A stretch of DNA of 64,000 nucleotides from positions 32,001 to 96,000 of the IMG/VR virus record IMGVR_UViG_3300031857_000038; one strand, given 5' to 3'. Made by a program: the position numbers and the translations under genes. Positions 40,260 through 48,300 of the stretch are shown here, piece by piece. This DNA comes from a virus. The notes beneath the pieces are model-generated. The model ran no database searches. It worked only from the letters and a program-made list of their open reading frames with translations, and was not told the DNA's origin. Positions within the stretch are counted from its first letter, which is position 1. Each line of letters opens with the position of its first letter.

Positions 40260-41217
40260 ATGGGACCCGCTTAAAAGCGTAATCGTTGGCATTGCAGATG
40301 ATGCTAAGATTCCTCCTACTAATATTGGACTACGCATTGTCAATTACGCCGATTTAACATTCAGTGAGTATATGGGTGTTAAACACGGTAGATATCCTGA
40401 CCAGGTGATTGAAGAAGCGAACGAAGACTTAGAACAACTCTGTGAATTCTTGCGTGAAGAAGAAATTCAAGTGGTTCGTCCAAGTAGCAACGACCCTGAA
40501 TACTATAACTACTGCCCTAGAGATACAGTATTAATTCACGATGACTTGATTCTTGCGACTCCAATGGCATTGTCATCTCGTAGAGATGAATGGCGAGCAA
40601 GTAAACAATATTTTGATTTTTCTAAGTTAGTAGTTGCGCCACCGCCTGAACATTCAGATACTTATAATAGCAAATGTATTGGCGACCCCGATACATTAGC
40701 ATTGCGTGAATATGAGCCTATATTTGATGCAGCTAATGTTCTACGAGCGAACGATGACCTGTTCTATTTGGTCAGCAACACCGGCAACAAGAAAGGTGCT
40801 GAATACTTACAAGAACTTGTAGGTCCAAACAAGCGTGTCCATACTATTGAAAATGTCTATAGCTACATTCATTTAGATAGCACTATTGCACTATTGCGTG
40901 AAGGGCTAATGTTACTGAATCCATCACGTATTAAGAGCGTAGAACAACTGCCGGAAGTATTGCGTAATTGGGATATCATTTGGGCTCCTGAGCCAGTTGA
41001 CATTGGTCACTATCCAGGATACTGTAATGCAAGTAAGTGGGTAAGTGTTAATCTATTGTCCATTAATCCTAATCTTGTTGTATTGGAAGAGCATCAACAT
41101 AATCTCAGACACGAACTAGAGAAGCACAAGATTAACTGTGCTATGTTACCTATGCGTCATGCTAGAACATTGGGAGGCACTTTCCACTGTGTTACTTTAG
41201 ATTTAATAAGGCAATGA
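40243..41217 (+). CDS. Amidinotransferase (glycine/inosamine-phosphate amidinotransferase family)
   Basis: NEWDPLKSVIVG, YCPRD, FDAAN, HLDST and GGTFHCVT (Asp/His/Cys triad). Confidence 0.9.
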   Translation: MLSKNEWDPLKSVIVGIADDAKIPPTNIGLRIVNYADLTFSEYMGVKHGRYPDQVIEEANEDLEQLCEFLREEEIQVVRPSSNDPEYYNYCPRDTVLIHDDLILATPMALSSRRDEWRASKQYFDFSKLVVAPPPEHSDTYNSKCIGDPDTLALREYEPIFDAANVLRANDDLFYLVSNTGNKKGAEYLQELVGPNKRVHTIENVYSYIHLDSTIALLREGLMLLNPSRIKSVEQLPEVLRNWDIIWAPEPVDIGHYPGYCNASKWVSVNLLSINPNLVVLEEHQHNLRHELEKHKINCAMLPMRHARTLGGTFHCVTLDLIRQ

Positions 41218-41239
41218 AGTAACCCAATAAATATACATT

Positions 41240-42967
41240 ATGAACTCTCGCATTGAAAAGGGACATGTATCTAAATTTTGGAATGATAAGTTTAAATCAT
41301 TGCCTTATAATAGACAACCTATAACTAGAGAGGAAATAAGTCACTGGCGTAGTCAAGGCTATGACTATGTAAAAAGCTTTTCTGGATCAATGTATGACAA
41401 CAGAAATCCAATGCCGAATTGGATTGCTAATCTAAAATTTCTGTTTGGGATGTATAACCAAACGTATACCTTCTATAAAATGGATACGTTAGAAATAATG
41501 CCAACCCACAGTGACCACTTTAACACCTATTGCAAATTGAATAACACTACATCTGATAACGTTGAGCGTGTTATCTTAATGCTTGAAGATTGGAAGCCTG
41601 GACATTATTTTGAGCTTGATGGCGTGGGTTATGTTAACTGGAAAGCGGGTGATTGGTTCAAGTGGAGAGGAGATGTTCCTCATGCTGCTAGTAATATAGG
41701 AATTGAACCAAGATACACTCTACAAATAACAGGCACGACTATTATGCAGGGGCAAATGAATAAGTTGTTCCATAGGAATGTCCCGAATACATTAGATAAC
41801 TTACATAATCCTTTTGTCAACAACGTAGTGTTTGGTAAGATACCCGAAGCTCATTCAATGGTCTATATGAATAACAGATACATTGAAGAATTAGATAGTA
41901 TCATGCACGACGAGAAGGCTATTGACGTTCTAAATAAAAACGGACTTCACATCTATCTGTATGAGCCATTGTGCAGCTATCACAAAGATGCGACACCGGA
42001 CAATCCGCATAATCAAGGCTTCTACTCAGAGTTTAGTCACACAGTTAGGCCAGATGAACTGAGGGCAGAAGAACTAGACAGCATATATCAATATGCAGTA
42101 AGAAACAATCTAACAAATGTGACTGTTCATACAGGTAATTATAACGTAGATGTTTGGTATACACACTATACTGATAGACTGAAATTGATATGCGATGACC
42201 TTTTCTTGAAATGTCAAAAAAAGATTGAAAACTTAGACGAGACATTTAGAAACCAATTCAACTATAAGTTCATCTGCTTAAATTGGAGATTCACTAAGCA
42301 TAGACAACTAGTGTCAACGTTTCTTGCAGGAGATAAGGGCAATCTCAGTTGGTATCATAGCGCAGACTTTGATTCACTCAGTAGCAATTTAAGATTTGAG
42401 CTAGGGGATTGGGAGCATACACATACTAACCATTACCGCAAGTTAAAAGACAACTGCGATATAGTTATGAAGAATGCGCCGTTTGTAGTTGACGTTCCGG
42501 CAGCCGCACCTGTTGAAATTAAAAATCCAAATCATTTTGATATATGGCCCCAAACTGAAAACTTTAAGCCCGGCGAGACTCCCGCCCTACGCAACATATT
42601 AGCGAATAGTCTTTCCTCAGCGTACATCAACTCGTTTGTCGATATTATCAATGAAACTAGATTTGCTGAGCCTACTGCTAATTTCAGTGAGAAGGTCTTT
42701 CAAGCAATACAATATAAAAAGCCATTCATCGTAGTAGGTCCACCAAAGACACTAGAATATGTTAAGAGTTTGGGCTTCAAGACGTTCAACGAGTTTTGGG
42801 ACGAGAGCTATGATGATGAGCCAGACCACGGTGAACGATTAGCTAAAATATTTGATTTGGTTGAGACTATATTGAATTCTCCCCTAGAAGATTTACGTTC
42901 AATGTATGATGAAATGCACAGCACGGTAGAGCATAATCTAGCGAAATATAAAGAGTTTGTTAAATGA
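41240..42967 (+). CDS. Fusion of an N-terminal 2OG-Fe(II)/cupin-like domain and a C-terminal DESYD-family glycosyltransferase-like domain (575 aa)
   Basis: PTHSD...PHAASNIG.EPRYTLQITG (HxD...H), then LNWRFTKHR, INET, SEKVF..KPF and DESYD. ATAAATA at 41227. Confidence 0.65.
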   Translation: MNSRIEKGHVSKFWNDKFKSLPYNRQPITREEISHWRSQGYDYVKSFSGSMYDNRNPMPNWIANLKFLFGMYNQTYTFYKMDTLEIMPTHSDHFNTYCKLNNTTSDNVERVILMLEDWKPGHYFELDGVGYVNWKAGDWFKWRGDVPHAASNIGIEPRYTLQITGTTIMQGQMNKLFHRNVPNTLDNLHNPFVNNVVFGKIPEAHSMVYMNNRYIEELDSIMHDEKAIDVLNKNGLHIYLYEPLCSYHKDATPDNPHNQGFYSEFSHTVRPDELRAEELDSIYQYAVRNNLTNVTVHTGNYNVDVWYTHYTDRLKLICDDLFLKCQKKIENLDETFRNQFNYKFICLNWRFTKHRQLVSTFLAGDKGNLSWYHSADFDSLSSNLRFELGDWEHTHTNHYRKLKDNCDIVMKNAPFVVDVPAAAPVEIKNPNHFDIWPQTENFKPGETPALRNILANSLSSAYINSFVDIINETRFAEPTANFSEKVFQAIQYKKPFIVVGPPKTLEYVKSLGFKTFNEFWDESYDDEPDHGERLAKIFDLVETILNSPLEDLRSMYDEMHSTVEHNLAKYKEFVK

Positions 42968-43716
42968 CTAAAGAAAAGATAGCGTTAATCGCAGGGTGCA
43001 GTCACAGTGCAGGATCAGAGATTGATGGCAACCTAGACAGCAAATACAACAGAGAACATTCTTTTGGTTCATTGCTTTCTAATAAGTTAGGCTATCGTCC
43101 TATCAATATAGCTATCAATGGTGCATCCAATACAGGTATTGCAAGAAGTGTATTGCTGTGGTTCGATGAGAATTATAATCCAGAAACAATGGATGTTTAT
43201 GTAATCATAGGGTGGACTGAAAGCTCTAGAATGGAAATTCCCGCTAAACACAGACCTAGTGACTTTCACTCGGGTAACCCTAGCATTGAATGGTATGATA
43301 GTTCTGCTAATAGTTACTTACGAATCAACTATGGCTGGACAGGTAATGACAGTTTTGAAAAGGCAGTTATTCCTAAATATCACGAATTCATGGCAGAGAA
43401 TGAGACATATCTAGAATACCAAGCAGCATCAAATGTGTTAATGGTGCAGTACTTTTTAAAATCATTAAATGTACCATATGTGATGTGCAACACTATGCAT
43501 ATGTTCGTGCCGAACGACCACTTTGTTAGTCACCTATTAAAGCTGATTGATAAGAAGTGTTATTATAACCTTGACTCAGGACAAGACTGTTCTTTCTTTT
43601 GGAAGTATAAAAACTTGGGCTATAAAAATATCAAGGCTAAATACTGGCATCATAACGAAATACCGCATACATTTTATGCAGAAGAATTATACAAGTTCAT
43701 AGGAGAACAACAATGA
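42964..43716 (+). CDS. SGNH-like protein (250 aa)
   Basis: AGCSHSAG, NIAINGASN, GWT..SR and C-terminal WHH...H. Confidence 0.65.
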   Translation: MTKEKIALIAGCSHSAGSEIDGNLDSKYNREHSFGSLLSNKLGYRPINIAINGASNTGIARSVLLWFDENYNPETMDVYVIIGWTESSRMEIPAKHRPSDFHSGNPSIEWYDSSANSYLRINYGWTGNDSFEKAVIPKYHEFMAENETYLEYQAASNVLMVQYFLKSLNVPYVMCNTMHMFVPNDHFVSHLLKLIDKKCYYNLDSGQDCSFFWKYKNLGYKNIKAKYWHHNEIPHTFYAEELYKFIGEQQ

Positions 43717-43814
43717 GATGGATTAGAAATATCATTAACAAGGTCAAGCGTGAGATTCAATATCGCAAGAGAATTAAGGAACTCAAGAAGCGAGATCCAT
43801 TCATTTACAAGTGA
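43713..43814 (+). CDS. 33-aa basic peptide MRWIRNIINKVKREIQYRKRIKELKKRDPFIYK (not in ORF track)
   Basis: AGGAG Shine-Dalgarno at 43701, ATGA overlap with the upstream gene, and a stop 6 nt before the carbamoyltransferase. Confidence 0.75.
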   Translation: MRWIRNIINKVKREIQYRKRIKELKKRDPFIYK

Positions 43815-43820
43815 GATAAT

Positions 43821-45314
43821 ATGAACTATGTAGGAATCAGTTGCGGCTTTCATGATGCCGGCTTAAGTGTCATTGATGACAATGGCGACATACTTTTTGC
43901 TGGACACAGTGAGCGTTACAGTATGAAGAAGCACGATAGCAAATTGTGTTCAGGTATAGTAGAAGACGCTAAGAATCATATCAATGATGACTTTGAAGTT
44001 CATTATTATGAGCGCCCGTATGTCAAAGCTGTTAGACAGTTTATTGCTAAACAACAGCTTGGCCCCTTCAATGTCAATGAGATAATAGGCAAGCATAACT
44101 TATATCAGCTGGAAAGTTTTAAGCATATTCGTCAGGGTAAAGTTAAGACACACAATCATCACTTATGTCACGCCGCAGCAGGATTTCAAACTAGTCCATA
44201 TGAAGACGCAACTGTAGTTGTCATTGACGCTATTGGTGAGTTGGACACTATCAGTATTTGGGATGCAACTTACGATAAGAACGGCAAAGCAAAGTACAAG
44301 AAGATTTGGGGGCGTAGATACCCTGACTCTATTGGACTGTTCTACTCTGCTATGACGGCACGAGTAGGCTTACGTCCACTAGATGAAGAATATATTCTAA
44401 TGGGTATGGCTGCATACGGAGAGCCTCTATATAACGCTTCAATGAAACAATTGTTTAGTAACTTCGGTGGTATCATGCTTAAGGACAACTTACATATCGG
44501 AGTAGATGATAGTTTCTTAAAGGAAGCAGATGAAATGGATATTGCTGCATCCGCACAAGAAGTTGTAGAACAGCTAATTGAAATAGTAATTAAGAAAGCT
44601 AAGAAGCTAGGCAGAAGCGACAATCTCGTATATGGTGGGGGCGTTGCTCTCAACTGCCTAGCTAACAGATTGATTGGTAAGTACTATCAGAACATTTGGA
44701 TTATGCCTAACCCGGGCGATGCAGGCAACAGCTTAGGTGCAGCAGCGTTAGGCTATGGTAAGAAGGTCAACTGGACTGATGCTTTCTTGGGCTTTAACAT
44801 TGAAGGCGAATACCCAGTTGACAACATCATAAAAGAGTTGTATACTAATAAGATGGTAGGTGTTGCTAGTGGCAGGGCAGAGTTTGGCCCTCGTGCATTA
44901 GGTAATCGTAGCCTACTTGCAGACCCTCGCGGGCCAGAGATTAAGGATAAAGTAAATGAAATTAAACGAAGACAGCAATTTAGACCATTTGCGCCCGTTA
45001 TTTTGGAGGAGCTGGTTTCTGATTACTTTGATATGCCTAGCGGCTGGAGTGACAGTAGGTATATGCAAGTCATCGCTACTTGTAGGCACCCTGACTTATT
45101 TCCTGCTATCGTTCATGCTGACGGGACTTCTCGTGTTCAAACTGTTGCGAATGACGGATCAGGAATCAGAAAGCTCTTAGAGGCTTGGTATAAAGAAACC
45201 GGTTGCCCAATGCTATTGAATACGTCATTAAACATACGCGGAGAACCAATGGTGAATGATAGGGCTGATGCAGATCGCTTTGAAAAACTCTACGGAGTAA
45301 AAGTCTGCTCATAA
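43821..45314 (+). CDS. Carbamoyltransferase (NodU/CmcH/TobZ family, 497 aa)
   Basis: HDAG...ERYS, HHLCHAA, DAIGE, MGMAAYG, GGVALNC, PGDAG, EFGPRALGNRSLL, FRPFAP and NTSLN. Confidence 0.93.
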   Translation: MNYVGISCGFHDAGLSVIDDNGDILFAGHSERYSMKKHDSKLCSGIVEDAKNHINDDFEVHYYERPYVKAVRQFIAKQQLGPFNVNEIIGKHNLYQLESFKHIRQGKVKTHNHHLCHAAAGFQTSPYEDATVVVIDAIGELDTISIWDATYDKNGKAKYKKIWGRRYPDSIGLFYSAMTARVGLRPLDEEYILMGMAAYGEPLYNASMKQLFSNFGGIMLKDNLHIGVDDSFLKEADEMDIAASAQEVVEQLIEIVIKKAKKLGRSDNLVYGGGVALNCLANRLIGKYYQNIWIMPNPGDAGNSLGAAALGYGKKVNWTDAFLGFNIEGEYPVDNIIKELYTNKMVGVASGRAEFGPRALGNRSLLADPRGPEIKDKVNEIKRRQQFRPFAPVILEELVSDYFDMPSGWSDSRYMQVIATCRHPDLFPAIVHADGTSRVQTVANDGSGIRKLLEAWYKETGCPMLLNTSLNIRGEPMVNDRADADRFEKLYGVKVCS

Positions 45315-45321
45315 GTAATAG

Positions 45322-48300
45322 ATGCTTAGAGACGTTTTTTATTATGGCAAGAAGCCCAATGTTCACCCCAGAGAACAATTCGCAGAGAATCTAGCTGATG
45401 CTAGACTAAAAGCCACCACTCGTGACTTTTGGATCATCAATGAGTTCTGTGACTATCGTAATTTTGATTGGGACTTTGATTTTGAATTCCTCCCAGACGA
45501 AGATGTTTGGGCAGAAGATCATAACAATGTGTGGCCTAGTCAACATCAAAAAGATAGCGGCACATGGTTGTGTCCAAAAGAAGACAGTGACCTAATCATC
45601 TATCGAGGTGATGTAGATCCAGTCATTCGTAAAAACGAAAAGACTGACCAATGGGTTGAGCTTGATTTAATCAACCATAATAAGTTTGACTTTAGTTGGC
45701 ATCCTGACCCAACTGACCCTCCCTATATCTATAAGTGGCCCTGCAAGTTCTTCCCTGCTGAGTTCAAGCATGTATTAGAATATCGTGTGCCAGGAGCAAC
45801 ACAAGAAAAATACATGAACACAATTGCAGAGTTGGTTCCTGAGTATGAGCGTTGGGTAGAACATCAAGCAATTGACAAAGATAGATTTGATATGTCGTGG
45901 AGACCGAATCCACTTGACCCGCCGTTCATCTATGTTTGGGGCAACAAATATATTGACGGGACACTTAGACCCACACTAGAGTATCATGCACCGAATGCAA
46001 CCGACAAAAAGTATATGTCAGAGTTGGTTCCTGTATTGCCCGAAACTGATAGATGGAACATAGTTGAAGATATTGATAAATCATCGTTTGACTTTAGCTG
46101 GAGACCAGACCCTAGAGAACCCGCTTTCATTTACGTATTCGGTAACGAACAATACGATGGCACTATCATGCCTACTGTTGAGTATCACTGCCCTGATGCA
46201 ACTGAAATTAAGTATGTTACTGATATCAAAGCCAAACTATCAAGTAAGAGAGAATTATTTGAACATCTTGAAGACAGCTATGGTCTAGATTATACATGGC
46301 GTCCGGACCCCACAAGCCCTCCCTACATCTATGCATGGGGCAATCAGTGGAATATACCAGAAGACAAGGTATCGGTGCAATTCGTAGTTGAAGGTGCTAC
46401 TGAATACAAGTATATGGAAGACCGTGCAGTACGCAAACCATGCATGGATAACTGGATAGTCCCTGATGATGTTGACACTACTGGATTTGACTTCAGTTGG
46501 GAACCTAGCCCTGCTGCACCACCGTATATTTACGAGTTCGCAACACAATGGCAGAAGACAGGAGGCCCTCAGTATGTAGTGCCTGGCGCTACTGAAAAAC
46601 AGTATGTTGACTTTCAAAAAGTCAGAAAGCTACCTTCAGTAGATAATTGGAATGTGCCTGATAACATTGATAGCACTACGTTTGACTTTAGTTGGCATCC
46701 AGATGATACTAGCCCTCCTTATATCTACGTGTTTGCTACTCAGTGGGCATTCAGTGGAGGACCCACATACATAGTTGATGATGCAACTGAAGTCAAGTAT
46801 GTAGATGATCAAATAGCAATTGCTAAACCGGACAAAACCAATTGGGTCTATGATGAGAAGCTGATTGATATCGAAAGTTTTGACTTTAGCTGGCATCCAT
46901 ATGTAGAAGACCAGCCCTATATCTATCAGTTCGGTACTCAATGGCAGAAGACAGGCGGACCTAAGTACATTACTCCGGGCGCTGATAGCTCTAGCCCAAC
47001 CAAATATATTGATACACGTATCTTAAAAGCAATTCGTTTGCCTAACAAACATGATAGTAACTGGAACTTATTCTATGAGGTGGCTGATTTTGATTTCAGT
47101 TGGCACCCAGACGACACCGAAGAACCATATAACTATGCTTTTGGCAACAATCTGTATCCCGCAGAAGAATGCACTACTATTCAATATAGAGTAGAAGGCG
47201 CTACCCAAACAAAATTTGTCAGCGATATAGTTGCAACGCTAGGCATCAATATGACTAATTGGGTTGTTCCCGAAAATGTTGATACCACTGGATTTGATTT
47301 TAGTTGGGTCCCTAACCCCAATGATCCTCTGTATACGTATGAGTTTGGAACGCAGCATCAAAAGACTGGCGGCCCTAGGTATGTTGCGCCGGGCGCAACT
47401 GAAATTAAGTATGTGGACTTTCAAAAAGTAATGCGATTGCCTAATTTGGATAATTGGGAAATTCCCGATTATGTTGACGTTACTGATTTTGACTTTAGTT
47501 GGCATCCAGACGATACAGACCCAGCATACATCTATCAGTTTGGTACTCAGTGGGCATTGACCGGTGGACCTAGGTATGTTGTGCCGGGCGCAACTGATGA
47601 AATTAAGTACATGGACAACTTAGTTGCTAAATCGTTGCCAAATAAAACCAACTGGGTGTATGATCCAACCTTGATTGACGTTACTGATTTTGACTTTAGT
47701 TGGCACCCATACGTAGAAGATCAGCCATATATTTACGAGTTTGGTACGCAGTGGCAGAAGACTGGTGGCCCTAAGTATATCACGCCCGGCGCTGATAGTT
47801 CTAGTCCGATAAAATATATTGATACTCGTATTCTCAAAGCGAAACGTCTGCCTAATAAAGAAAAGTATAATTGGGTAGAACGTTATCCCGTTAAAGACTT
47901 TGATTATTCGTGGCATCCCGACGATACCGAAGAGCCATACATCTATGTATTTGGCAATGAGCAATATGGTGCAGAAGATATGCCTACTGTAGAATATGTT
48001 GTTCCGAACGCAACTCAAATAAAATATATCACTGGCGTTTGTGCTAAGCTAGCACCTAGTAGAGATAACTGGAAAATCTATAAAGAAATTGACGAAGATG
48101 CGTTTGATTTTAGTTGGAGACCACACCCCAAAGACCCTGCGTACATTTACAGATGGGGTAACAAATATATCAGCAACAAGTATGAGCCTACTATAGAATA
48201 TATTGTTCCGGGCGCAACTGATATCAAATACATGGAAGACAATGTGATTGTTCTTCCGGAGCATGACCGTTGGTTTATTCCAGAGGGGATTGACCTTTCA

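Noticed and set aside
19302-45314. Cluster as a bacterial O-antigen/secondary-metabolite island, or as a DNA hypermodification system
   Set aside because: No transporter, flippase, integrase or regulator. It has phage late motifs and is continuous with tail genes. No dNMP hydroxymethylase, Dpd/Que genes or DNA-modifying kinase were recognised. DNA modification is disfavoured, not excluded.
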